64,000 bases of DNA from Candidatus Berkelbacteria bacterium (GTDB lineage: Bacteria; Patescibacteriota; UBA1384; DTJR01). The notes under the pieces were generated by a model that saw only the letters and a program-made list of their open reading frames with translations, was not told the origin of the DNA and searched no databases. The stretch covers positions 338 through 64,337 of the forward strand of contig JAOUGE010000005.1 of the NCBI GenBank assembly GCA_029865605.1, given 5' to 3'. The position numbers were made by a program, and so were the translations under genes. Shown here one piece after another: positions 20,065 to 28,368 of the stretch (the stretch's first letter is position 1; every line of letters begins with the position of its first letter).

Positions 20065-20713
20065 TAGCGTGGGTTACGATTTGAATAAGTTAAGGGGCCC
20101 TAGAGAATATCGCCCCCCGCATTTTTTAGTTTCAACTTTTAGAAATCTCAGCCTGATCATATTTTTTTCTGCCCTCGTTTTTGTGAGCGTTAATCTGCCG
20201 GCTTACTGGATTATTGCCAAATATCGTTTTAGCCCACCCAGTGAAGAGACTATTTTGGCAAGGTCTAGTGAGCTTAAAGAAAACTTGGTCACTCAATATC
20301 CTAACAATACCCTTGTTATCCCCAAGATTAATCTTCAAGCTCCCGTCAATTGGGATACGTCAGAAGCGGAAGTGATGTCGGCTTTGGAAAGGGGCGTTGT
20401 TCACGTTAAGGGTTCGGGTCTGCCGGGGGAGAAAAAGAGCATATTTATTACTGGACACAGCTCTAATTATTGGTGGAAAAGTGGCGATTTTAACACGATT
20501 TTTGCTCTTCTGCCGGAGCTGGCGGTTGATGATGAGGCTTTCATTGTTAAGGACGGTAAAATTACTAGATATAAGGTGGTGGAAAGGGTTGAAGTTGGGA
20601 AGAAGGAGGTCGTCTCTTACGCCGAGCGAAAAGAAGAGGAACTAACTCTTATGACTTGTTATCCGGTAGGCACGAACCTGAAGCGTCTTTTGATTATTGC
20701 CCGGCCGATTTGA
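20051..20713 (+). CDS. sortase family transpeptidase (second copy); start moved to ATG 20051
   Basis: N-terminal transmembrane helix, conserved His (ITGHSS), catalytic TLXTC (LTLMTCYPVG). The track start at 19958 overlaps the upstream gene. Confidence 0.7.
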   Translation: MALVDSVGYDLNKLRGPREYRPPHFLVSTFRNLSLIIFFSALVFVSVNLPAYWIIAKYRFSPPSEETILARSSELKENLVTQYPNNTLVIPKINLQAPVNWDTSEAEVMSALERGVVHVKGSGLPGEKKSIFITGHSSNYWWKSGDFNTIFALLPELAVDDEAFIVKDGKITRYKVVERVEVGKKEVVSYAERKEEELTLMTCYPVGTNLKRLLIIARPI

Positions 20714-20746
20714 TTGTTATTGCAGAATTATTTACAATAGATATTA

Positions 20747-21055
20747 ATGAGGAAATTTTTAATTATATTTGCCGTTTTGGCTTTCAGTGCTCTTTCGGCA
20801 GTTATTGCTCGGGCTCAAACAGAGCCGCCAACCCCAAACCTCCCGATTGAGAGCGAGACGGCTACTTCAGCTTATGATGCGTATGAAGGTGACGATAGCT
20901 ATGCCTATTCCACCATAACTGTAACCTCACAAGAGGCAATAGATGATGCTGAAACAGGTTCAGAAATAGTTGTCCTTGGCGCCCTATCGCTTTTGGCAGG
21001 AATCGGACTTTTCTTAATCAAAAGATATTTTGACCTAAAGAAATACTCGATCTAG
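20747..21055 (+). CDS. small secreted protein with a signal peptide and a C-terminal hydrophobic anchor plus basic tail (possible sortase substrate)
   Basis: MRKFLIIFAVLAFSALSAVIARA signal. C-terminus ...DAETGSEIVVLGALSLLAGIGLFLIKRYF resembles the tripartite sorting-signal architecture. Adjacent to a sortase gene. Confidence 0.4.
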   Translation: MRKFLIIFAVLAFSALSAVIARAQTEPPTPNLPIESETATSAYDAYEGDDSYAYSTITVTSQEAIDDAETGSEIVVLGALSLLAGIGLFLIKRYFDLKKYSI

Positions 21056-21111
21056 GATATGGCTAACAGCTGCTAGCTGTAAGCTGATTTGATTATTGCT
21101 ATAATCAAGCT

Positions 21112-22578
21112 ATGGAAGATCCTTTTGGGTTGGCATCGCCCTCTAATTTTCGAAACCAAAAAGAAGGCAGAGCAAGCTCCCCCAAGAGATATTTTTGGGT
21201 TATGGGAGCTATGCTTGGTGTGATTACCCTTCTCTCTTTCGGGCTGTTTTTTGCGTTTAGGGGGAAGATTTCGGCTGATGTTAACGGGGCTAATTATCAA
21301 GCGAGTGTGGCTGTTTCCGGATTGCCCCAAGAGCTCACTTCGGGAGAGCAATTTCTTGCCTCTGTTTCTCTAAACAATAAGAAGGGTTCGACGATTCGCT
21401 CGGGCTTTATTTTAGTTCAGGGCTCTGGGGTGGACCTTAGCGAAACCCTATCGCTCTCGCAGAATCTGTCATCAAGCGAGGTCGGCTATGTTCGGCGCCT
21501 AAACTCCGAGGAGGAAGCTTTGTTTGAAGAAAAAGGGGAGAGCGGTTTTTATCTTTTCGTTGGGGATTTAGCCAAGGATCAAACCAAGTCAAATCAATTT
21601 AAAGGGACTGTTTCAGCGACCGGCAGCTCCCGGGTAAAGCTTGAGGTTAAATATTATGTTAAAAGCGATCTTCAGACGAACTGCGGTTTTCTAGGCCTTT
21701 CTAAGTGTTCACAGGAATCCAAATATACTCAAGTCGGTTACGCTGTCGCGACAGTTAGTCTGTCCGACCAGGGCAAAATTAAGCTAAGAGTGGGTTATAA
21801 TTTTATCACCTTGCCTTACGTTTTTACTCTGTCGGCCGCCCAGTCATTTTTGGGCAGTTTGGATAGCGGAAAATGGGCCTATTATTTTGACCCCACTTCG
21901 GGCGGTTACATCGATTTGAACTCGGGCAATAATGCCGAGAAGTTGAAGCCCGGCGTCGGCTTCTGGGTCAAAGTTGCCAAGGAGGGTGACTATGCTCTCC
22001 CCTCGCCTCGGGTGGACTCCAATATTTCCGAGAGCTATTCTGTGCCTTTAGCAATCGGCGAGAACCATATTGGCAACCCTTATCCGAAGCGGATAATCTG
22101 GTCGGGAACAGACATTTTAGTCCAAGAGCTGGATGACGCCGGCGAGGCAACCGGTATCAGCTATTCGCTCAAAACGGCAATCGATAATCAAATCATCGGC
22201 GGCGGTTATGTTATTAGCTATAAAAGTTTTACCGATTCTACTGGGACGACAAATGATCTCTCAAGCCTGATTGAGTATAAACCTTTGCCGCTCGGTTCGT
22301 ATTTGAATTCGACCATGGGACTGACTATTCAGAGTACAAAAATGGTCAACTTAGTTTTCCCCGGCCGCGCGGTTATCGCTCCGGGTGATCTTTTATCTGA
22401 CTCTGAAATGAGAAAAATTGAGGAGTGGATTATCAAGAACGGCCTTAATCAATTTGGTGATCCCTCCGGGACAGCTTATTCTTCAGGTACACCCCTGATT
22501 GACAGTGCTACCGGCTGGCCGATTGACCGCTATGATTATATTGTTTCAAAGCACTCCGATAGGCCGTGGAACCGTTGA
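21112..22578 (+). CDS. hypothetical surface protein with N-terminal transmembrane helix
   Basis: Transmembrane helix YFWVMGAMLGVITLLSFGLFFAF, then a 440-aa Ser/Gly/Thr-rich extracellular region. Confidence 0.4.
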   Translation: MEDPFGLASPSNFRNQKEGRASSPKRYFWVMGAMLGVITLLSFGLFFAFRGKISADVNGANYQASVAVSGLPQELTSGEQFLASVSLNNKKGSTIRSGFILVQGSGVDLSETLSLSQNLSSSEVGYVRRLNSEEEALFEEKGESGFYLFVGDLAKDQTKSNQFKGTVSATGSSRVKLEVKYYVKSDLQTNCGFLGLSKCSQESKYTQVGYAVATVSLSDQGKIKLRVGYNFITLPYVFTLSAAQSFLGSLDSGKWAYYFDPTSGGYIDLNSGNNAEKLKPGVGFWVKVAKEGDYALPSPRVDSNISESYSVPLAIGENHIGNPYPKRIIWSGTDILVQELDDAGEATGISYSLKTAIDNQIIGGGYVISYKSFTDSTGTTNDLSSLIEYKPLPLGSYLNSTMGLTIQSTKMVNLVFPGRAVIAPGDLLSDSEMRKIEEWIIKNGLNQFGDPSGTAYSSGTPLIDSATGWPIDRYDYIVSKHSDRPWNR

Positions 22579-22581
22579 GGC

Positions 22582-22878
22582 CTAAACATTAATGTTTAAA
22601 GCTTGCGAGATCCAAGCTCCTAACTTAAGGATGAAGTCTGTTTTGATGTTTACCAAATAAACAGCAATGATTATTATCACTAACAGACCGATCGTTAGAA
22701 GAATTTTTTTAATGTCTTTTTTGACTCGAGTCGCCTCTTCGCAGCGTTGCTCGAGTTCTCTTGGCTGCTCTTTATCTACAGCTTCGGCTCTTTCTTCAGC
22801 TCTAGCCATCTCTCTCTCTTGAGCGGCCGCTTGGGCCCTCAAGAGCTTTTTAATCTTATGCTTTTTCTTTTTACCCAT
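22582..22878 (-). CDS. small protein with a charged coiled-coil N-terminus and a C-terminal transmembrane helix
   Basis: MGKKKKHKIKKLL...ERAE repeats, then ILLTIGLLVIIIIAVYLV. Confidence 0.3.
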   Translation of the reverse strand: MGKKKKHKIKKLLRAQAAAQEREMARAEERAEAVDKEQPRELEQRCEEATRVKKDIKKILLTIGLLVIIIIAVYLVNIKTDFILKLGAWISQALNINV

Positions 22879-22880
22879 GA

Positions 22881-23129
22881 TTATTGAATACTATTTTTTA
22901 TTTGCTTTTTCAAATCTTCTTTTGGTTTATGTTCTTTGAGCTGTTTCTCTCTTTTGGCAGCGTCTTTTTTACTTAGGTAGCTTTCTAGGTAGACCAATTT
23001 GACAGGCAATTTAGATCTTGTTGATTTAACAAGTCCTTTTTTGTGTCTATTAATCCTGATTTTAACATCGGAGCATGAACCAATATACAGATCTCCGTTT
23101 GCGCATTTTAACGCATAAACTTGGTACAT
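22881..23129 (-). CDS. GIY-YIG nuclease superfamily protein (YhbQ/UPF0213-like); start trimmed to an internal Met to avoid the tRNA overlap
   Basis: MYQVYALKCANGDLYIGSCSDVKIRINRHKKG...KLVYLESYLSKKDAAKREKQLK shows the GIY...YIG...R...E motifs. The track start at 23165 would overlap tRNA-Cys. Confidence 0.55.
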   Translation of the reverse strand: MYQVYALKCANGDLYIGSCSDVKIRINRHKKGLVKSTRSKLPVKLVYLESYLSKKDAAKREKQLKEHKPKEDLKKQIKNSIQ

Positions 23130-23141
23130 AATTTTGGCTTT

Positions 23142-23215
23142 TGGAGGCATCGCCGGGATTTGCACCCGGGTAAACGGTTTTGCAGACCGTTGCCTGACTA
23201 CTCGGCCACGATGCC
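23142..23215 (-). tRNA. tRNA-Cys (GCA)
   Basis: Reverse complement GGCATCG...CGATGCC-T-CCA with anticodon loop CTGCAAA and a short variable loop. The T-loop TGCAAAT is slightly atypical. Confidence 0.65.
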
Positions 23216-23391
23216 AAAATTATGTTTGTTATTTAAGCTATCAAGCGGTTTTGTCCTGCGGAGCAGGATCTAGCTTTGCTACGACAGACCGTTGTGTAAC
23301 CACTCCACCACCAGGCCGACAGCCAAATCTTATCAGATTTAAGGCGAAAAAAAAGACCGCCTAAGCGGTATGGCGGCCCGGCTCGAGCCCC

Positions 23392-23619
23392 CTACGGGAA
23401 GTAGGGGAACTCGGCCGGGCCGTGGACGATCTTGACTTGGGCCAAGGCGCGGTTAATCACGCCGAAGGCCCAGTCGATCTGGGGCCAGATCACGAGCGTC
23501 AGGGACGCCCCGACTAAGGCCCAGACCCAGCACATGGGGCTGGGTGTTACGGGTTGGGCGGCTGCGAACGGCCACAGCGCCCACCACGCGAGAACGGCGA
23601 GAGCTGCCTTCCAGTTCAT
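23392..23619 (-). CDS. small GC-rich Trp-rich membrane protein
   Basis: AAGGAG ribosome-binding site 8 nt upstream of the ATG. Two hydrophobic segments. GC content far above the neighbouring sequence. Confidence 0.4.
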   Translation of the reverse strand: MNWKAALAVLAWWALWPFAAAQPVTPSPMCWVWALVGASLTLVIWPQIDWAFGVINRALAQVKIVHGPAEFPYFP

Positions 23620-23825
23620 CAGTTGGCTCCTTCCGCTTCAGGGCGCGGCTACCCTAATGTCTTATCAAACATCGCGCCTTCGGAGTTCTACCCCCTCCAG
23701 CGTGACCATTATTTATACCATATTTCTTGATAAAAGTCAAGTCCTGACAGGTTAAAGTTATCGGATCAAAGTTTTTTACTGGGAATATTTACAAAAATGT
23801 ATTTTAAGATACAATTAGACCTGTT

Positions 23826-23900
23826 GCGGGTGTCGTATAGCGGTTATTACACGTGCTTGCCAAGCACGAGAGGGCGGTTCAATTCCGCTCACCCGCTCCA
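23826..23900 (+). tRNA. tRNA-Gly (GCC)
   Basis: GCGGGTG paired with CACCCGC, anticodon loop CTTGCCAAG, T-arm GGCGGTTCAATTCCGCT, encoded TCCA. Confidence 0.85.
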
Positions 23901-24039
23901 ACGAGATGGCCTTTAGGCCATTTTTCGTTGGAGCACCCTGCCGAGAATTGAAGGCCGGACCCCGCCACGGCGGGGGAGGCGGGGTCGCGAAATTTACCAG
24001 CAGGTAAATATTTGTGACCAATTCCGCTCACCCGCTCCA
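23901..24039 (+). repeat. conserved structured element after a tRNA 3' end, copy 3
   Basis: Hairpin plus T-tract ATGGCC-TTTA-GGCCATTTTTCG, then GAGAATTGAAGGCCGG (antisense Gly T-loop), CCCCGCC-ACG-GCGGGGG, GAGGCGGGGTCGCGA, AAATTTACC-AGCA-GGTAAATATT, TGTGACC, and a 21-nt repeat CAATTCCGCTCACCCGCTCCA. Confidence 0.85.
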
Positions 24040-24044
24040 GCCAG

Positions 24045-24068
24045 AATCGCCGAAGGCGATTTTTTGTT
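24045..24068 (+). terminator. intrinsic terminator after element copy 3
   Basis: AATCGCC-GAAG-GCGATT followed by TTTTTGTTT. Confidence 0.6.
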
Positions 24069-24156
24069 TGTTAATTCTTGACTTATTTTGAAATAAAAAG
24101 TACTATTTTCTCTTAACCCATGAAGTCCCCGAAGATGGGTTCTTTATGGGTGATAT

Positions 24157-25038
24157 TTGACATTACATTCCGCGCCGCCCGCAGGGCGGCGCACCAAGGA
24201 GGAACCGCTTTATGATTTACCCCGCCGAGGCGGACGGCCGCCGGTCAACGACGAGTGGCGAGTGGAGTACTGCGACGGCCTATGCTGCGGCGTCTCGGCG
24301 ACATACGAGTTGCACTGGGCACTGACCGGTAACTGCTTCGATATCGAAGCCGAGATCGTCCGCCACGTCGCTCTAGCAGACAAGAGCGACGAGGGGTGGG
24401 TAACCGTTCTGACTCGTACCGACGAGATCAGAGCATTGGCGGACAGCTCCGTCGCGCAGCTTGAACACATCAACCCGCTGGCGCCGGTCGGCTCGCGCGT
24501 CATCCTTCCGTGGCCGCGGGTTGACTGCGTCATCGACCGCGACGGAACGACGTCGCCTTACGCTAACCCCTTCGTCGAAGTCACGGGGGAAGCCCTGGCA
24601 GGCCGCAAGAAGGAGCACTGCTTCTTCACCCATATCCGGCCTGACGATGATGGCTGGGTGGCCGCGGCGCTTCAGGGTCCCAAGGGAACGGGGATCGGCG
24701 TGCGCTCCAAGTACGACAAGCGGTTGCCCTTCTTCTCTGTCTGGTTCTCCCGCACGGGCAAGAAGGGCGTGGCGGCAATCGGCCTTGAGCCGGGTCCACT
24801 GCCGCTCGGCGCGGCAGAGACAGATCGACTCGAGATGAGGGCTGTCCTCGAGGGGGGAGAGGAGATGACGCGCATGACTGAACTCTACTTCCTCGATACT
24901 TCCGAGAGGATGACAACCTTCCTCGAGAGCAACGGGATGAGCGCTGGCTCGCTTCCCAAGCAGTTCGAGAAGATCGGCACCGACAAGAAGGACTGGCCGA
25001 CGCTCTGCAGGGCGGCTGGTATCAACGGCAAGCGCTAG
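24157..25038 (+). CDS. hypothetical protein in a GC-rich island (start uncertain; the track start is TTG)
   Basis: Open frame of 293 aa at about 60%+ GC. A separate 38-aa ORF with a perfect AAGGAGG ribosome-binding site starts at 24203 in another frame (see findings). Confidence 0.4.
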   Translation: MTLHSAPPAGRRTKEEPLYDLPRRGGRPPVNDEWRVEYCDGLCCGVSATYELHWALTGNCFDIEAEIVRHVALADKSDEGWVTVLTRTDEIRALADSSVAQLEHINPLAPVGSRVILPWPRVDCVIDRDGTTSPYANPFVEVTGEALAGRKKEHCFFTHIRPDDDGWVAAALQGPKGTGIGVRSKYDKRLPFFSVWFSRTGKKGVAAIGLEPGPLPLGAAETDRLEMRAVLEGGEEMTRMTELYFLDTSERMTTFLESNGMSAGSLPKQFEKIGTDKKDWPTLCRAAGINGKR

Positions 25039-25090
25039 GGCGGCCGAAGGCCGCCCCGGATCTGATCACATCTGTGCGGGGGAACTCACT

Positions 25091-25246
25091 ATGCCGCGTA
25101 AGCCCCGCAAGGTTATCGAGGAAGAAAATGCGTGCGAGCGCCGCTCGCGCCCCAGGCGCTACGTCTCGGCCCGCTCTTATGTCCATCATAAGGATTGGGA
25201 AGACGGAGGCCGACGTAAGGCCAAAGGAAAGGAGCATTCCTGGTGA
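25091..25246 (+). CDS. possible small basic protein (51 aa) inside the GC-rich island, not in the ORF track
   Basis: ATG 25091 to TGA 25246 encodes MPRKPRKVIEEENACERRSRPRRYVSARSY.... It ends just before a strong terminator. The overlapping track ORF 25074..25304 reads through that terminator. Confidence 0.2.
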   Translation: MPRKPRKVIEEENACERRSRPRRYVSARSYVHHKDWEDGGRRKAKGKEHSW

Positions 25247-25261
25247 GCACACGCTCACCCC

Positions 25262-25305
25262 CACGGGCCCCGCCATTGGCGGGGCCCGAGTTGTTTTTGT
25301 TTAAT
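25262..25305 (+). terminator. intrinsic terminator closing the GC-rich island
   Basis: GGGCCCCGCC-ATTG-GCGGGGCCC followed by GAGTTGTTTTTGTTT. Confidence 0.6.
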
Positions 25306-25433
25306 TTTTTGCTGGAGACTAGAGCCTAAAAGACTAGAGACTATTTTCCCCCCAAACAAACCCCGAAAATTAACCAAGAAAATGGGGTTTACCCCTTGAC
25401 AAGGTATTTTTTTTAAGTACACTAGTTGGCGTT

Positions 25434-25667
25434 ATGTTGAAAGCATTCTCCATCATAGAGTTGGTCACCGCGGTTTCGCTTATTGCAGCTGTGCTTTTGC
25501 AGCACCGCGGGACGGGACTCGGCGGGGCGTTTGCGTCGGAAGCGAACGCCTTCAGATCAAAAAGAGGGATTGAAAAATTTCTTTATAACTCGACGATCAC
25601 CATCGCCATTGTTTTGTGTGCGACCGTCCTAGCGCATCTTTTCTTGCGCCTCAAGCTTTCGGCCTAA
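25434..25667 (+). CDS. secG: preprotein translocase subunit SecG
   Basis: 77 aa with two transmembrane helices and the central LLQ...GLGGAF...F motif. Confidence 0.65.
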   Translation: MLKAFSIIELVTAVSLIAAVLLQHRGTGLGGAFASEANAFRSKRGIEKFLYNSTITIAIVLCATVLAHLFLRLKLSA

Positions 25668-25675
25668 ATTTCCAA

Positions 25676-27019
25676 ATGGAAATACCACTGCGCGGCATCA
25701 GTCGCGTCAAACCTACATCGCTTATCTACATCTTAAAAAACTGGAAGAATTGCCTTAATTTTTTGGAGAAAGCGGTCATAATTCTTTTGGCTCTCTTTGT
25801 CGTTTTGACTTCCTGGCGCTGGGTTTTGGCGGCGGGAGAGTTTAAGGGGATTGTGCCGCGTCGCGGAGGTAGTTTTATTGAAGGGGTCGCAGGATTAAAT
25901 GTTGACGGTTTTGACCCAGGGCGTTTGACCAAGTCAGCCTTGGTAAAAATCGACCCAAGCGGTCAAGTAATGGCCGACGTTGCCCAGAGTTGGGAAGTAT
26001 CTGCCGATAAGCTCACTTACAAGTTTGTTATTAATCCAAAATATTCCGCTTATGAGTTAGCGGACATTTTGTCTAAAAACCCGACTTATCTTGGTGGAGC
26101 TATGCCTGAGGTTTTAGATAACAGTATTTTGGCTTTCAAACTTGATGAACCGGATAATGATTTTTTGCAGAACTTTTCAAAACCTATTTTTCCCTATGGT
26201 CCCTACAAAATTGATAAAAAAACAAAAAATGAGATTCGCTTGAAACCCAACAAGGATTATCATCTCCAGTCTCCATATATCGAAAAATTTGTTATTCGGG
26301 GCTATCAGGACCAAACCGCGCTTGAGAAGGCGGCAAAAAAGAACAAGATTACTGCCGCTATAGGCCTTGAGAGCTTGCCCAAGGATTGGCAGCAAGCAAA
26401 GACTATCTTAAGCAAAAAACACATTCTTTTTGTTAACAGTTCAAAATCATATCTCAAAAAAACTGCCATCAGAGAAAAAATTCTAAACGGTGAGAAACCG
26501 GAGACCATTCAGACTCTTGATCTTCTTGAGGTTAACGGGAACGGTCAGGATCAGGAATACGAGGCGCTTAAAGAAAAGCTCAAAGCTTCCGGCATTGATT
26601 TGAAGGTGAGACAGATAGGTCTGAAGGATGCGCTTTTGCAGGAATTGCCGAAAAGAAATTACGATCTTCTCTATATCTTGGTTGATGTGGGCGTGGCTTC
26701 TGATCCGCGTCAGCTCTGGAGTTCAACTCAGAGAAGCGGCGAGGGGCAAAATTTTGCCGAACTGGCCAATGCCGATATTGATGATTTGACTTATGAGTAC
26801 GCAAAGACCGATGATCCAACCAAAAAAGCAACGATTGCAGAAAAAATTAACGAGCTTATCGCCCGCGAAAAAGTTGCTGTTGAGTATAAGAATTTGGAAT
26901 TTAACTATGCTGTTTCTCCTAAGTTGAAAGGTTTTACTATTCCACAAGCGTCTTATTGCGAGTCTGGCCGGTTTGATTTTGCTTCTTCGTGGTATTTCTA
27001 CGAGAAGAAACAGCGATAG
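25676..27019 (+). CDS. extracellular solute-binding protein, family 5 (peptide/nickel ABC transporter substrate-binding protein-like)
   Basis: N-terminal transmembrane/signal segment, then SBP_bac_5-like sequence (LVKIDPSGQVMADVAQSWEVSADKLTYKF). Start chosen at an internal Met after the overlap with secG. Confidence 0.5.
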   Translation: MEIPLRGISRVKPTSLIYILKNWKNCLNFLEKAVIILLALFVVLTSWRWVLAAGEFKGIVPRRGGSFIEGVAGLNVDGFDPGRLTKSALVKIDPSGQVMADVAQSWEVSADKLTYKFVINPKYSAYELADILSKNPTYLGGAMPEVLDNSILAFKLDEPDNDFLQNFSKPIFPYGPYKIDKKTKNEIRLKPNKDYHLQSPYIEKFVIRGYQDQTALEKAAKKNKITAAIGLESLPKDWQQAKTILSKKHILFVNSSKSYLKKTAIREKILNGEKPETIQTLDLLEVNGNGQDQEYEALKEKLKASGIDLKVRQIGLKDALLQELPKRNYDLLYILVDVGVASDPRQLWSSTQRSGEGQNFAELANADIDDLTYEYAKTDDPTKKATIAEKINELIAREKVAVEYKNLEFNYAVSPKLKGFTIPQASYCESGRFDFASSWYFYEKKQR

Positions 27020-27072
27020 CCATAGGGCCTCGACAATCTGTTCTATATCTAGTAAAATTTTGCTAAAACAAA

Positions 27073-27167
27073 GGGCAAGTGGTGAAATGGTATACACGCT
27101 AGCTTCAGGAGCTAGTGACCGCAAGGCCGTGGCTTCGCGAGGGTGGAACTCGCGAAAATACCTTGTA
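27073..27167 (+). pseudogene. tRNA-Leu-like pseudogene (degenerate T-loop and acceptor 3' strand)
   Basis: The 5' two-thirds is closely similar to the tRNA-Leu genes here (D-arm GTGGTGAAATGGTATACAC, anticodon loop TTCAGGA). The T-loop reads GGTGGAA and the 3' strand cannot pair with the 5' acceptor strand. Confidence 0.4.
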
Positions 27168-27172
27168 TTTGT

Positions 27173-27258
27173 GCCGAAGTGGTGGAATGGTAGACACGCA
27201 GCGTTCAGAGCGCTGTGAGCGCAAGCTCGTGAGAGTTCAAATCTCTCCTTCGGCACCA
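27173..27258 (+). tRNA. tRNA-Leu (CAG), type II with a long variable arm
   Basis: GCCGAAG paired with CTTCGGC, anticodon stem-loop CAGCG-TTCAGAG-CGCTG, variable arm, T-arm GAGAGTTCAAATCTCTC, ACCA. Confidence 0.8.
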
Positions 27259-27341
27259 TCTATAATTTCGAATCCGCAACATTAGTTTTTCGTTCCACCC
27301 GAAAAACGCTTGCCCACCAGAATTAAACTTTTAACTGATTT

Positions 27342-28178
27342 ATGGATCGAATTCCCTTTACCGTTACAATGCGCAAGGACCTTTTAAAAAGGGTCGATTC
27401 TTTAGTTGATGGCACGCAAATCAGAAATCGTTCCCACGCTCTTGAATCAATTGTTTCGAGCCATTTCAGGCCGAAGATTAAAAAAGCTCTTATCTTAGCC
27501 GGCGGCGAAGGGATTAAGATAAAGCCATTCACCTATGAGCTCCCCAAGACAATGCTGCCAGTTAAGGGACGGCCGATTTTTGAATACATCCTCGACCTGC
27601 TTCAGAAACAGGAGGTAAAAGAAATTTATGTAGCCATCGGCCATTTGGGCGGGAAAATCAAGGGGCAGTTTGGCGACGGGGCAAAGTACTCTGTGGATAT
27701 TACCTATCTTGAAGAAAAGGGTAGTCTCGGCACCGGCGGTGCCTTAAAGGCCGCTCTTCCCAAGATGGGCGACGACCCTTTCTTGATGATTTGGGGCGAT
27801 GAGTTGATTGATATTGATCTTGGGGACATGATTGATTTTCATATGACGCAAAAGCCGGTTATGACAATTGCCTTGACTTCTGTTTCTGACCCGACGGGCT
27901 ATGGGGCGGTCAAGCTAAGACGGGATATGGTTGTTGAACATATTGAGAAACCGGCAAAAACCAAGGATGTATCTCATCTTGTCAGTGCCGGCGTTCATGT
28001 TGTTGATCCGAGAATTGCCAGTTTTTTGCCTCGAAAGAAAACTTTTATGCTGGAAAGCGACATTATGTCTCAGCTGACTAAAAAAGGCCAGATCCGAGGT
28101 TATCTTTTTGAAGGACAGTGGTTTGATGTAGGAACTCCCGAAATTTACCAACGGGCAATAAGAGAGTGGAGAGGGTAA
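27342..28178 (+). CDS. sugar-phosphate nucleotidyltransferase with an N-terminal ribbon-helix-helix (CopG-like) domain
   Basis: Residues 1-45 FTVTMRKDLLKRVDSLV...RSHALESIV match the ribbon-helix-helix pattern. Then KALILAGGEGIKIKP...LPKTMLPVKGRP gives the nucleotidyltransferase G-loop. Confidence 0.6.
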   Translation: MDRIPFTVTMRKDLLKRVDSLVDGTQIRNRSHALESIVSSHFRPKIKKALILAGGEGIKIKPFTYELPKTMLPVKGRPIFEYILDLLQKQEVKEIYVAIGHLGGKIKGQFGDGAKYSVDITYLEEKGSLGTGGALKAALPKMGDDPFLMIWGDELIDIDLGDMIDFHMTQKPVMTIALTSVSDPTGYGAVKLRRDMVVEHIEKPAKTKDVSHLVSAGVHVVDPRIASFLPRKKTFMLESDIMSQLTKKGQIRGYLFEGQWFDVGTPEIYQRAIREWRG

Positions 28179-28282
28179 ATTCTGTATCTTGTATTTTGTA
28201 TCAGGTATCTAGTATTGAACGGTGAATACATGATACATGCTACTTGATACATGATACTTTTTCTTGTACAATCTAACCTGAT

Positions 28283-28368
28283 GCCGAGGTGGTGGAATTG
28301 GTATACACGATAGCTTGAGGAGCTATGCTCGCAAGAGCGTGCAGGTTCGAGTCCTGTCCTCGGCACCA
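28283..28368 (+). tRNA. tRNA-Leu (GAG), type II
   Basis: GCCGAGG paired with CCTCGGC, anticodon loop CTTGAGGA, variable arm, T-arm CAGGTTCGAGTCCTG, ACCA. Confidence 0.85.

Noticed and set aside
23270-23335. Possible plus-strand tRNA ending ...CCACTCCACCACCA.
   Set aside because: No acceptor-stem complementarity (5' GGAGCAG against 3' CCACTCC) and no D- or T-arm. It is better explained as a partial inverted pseudo-copy of tRNA-Cys.
25074-25304. 76-aa track ORF in the GC-rich island.
   Set aside because: Its frame reads straight through the strong terminator hairpin at 25262-25290. The alternative 51-aa frame starting at 25091 stops before the terminator, though that one is also speculative.
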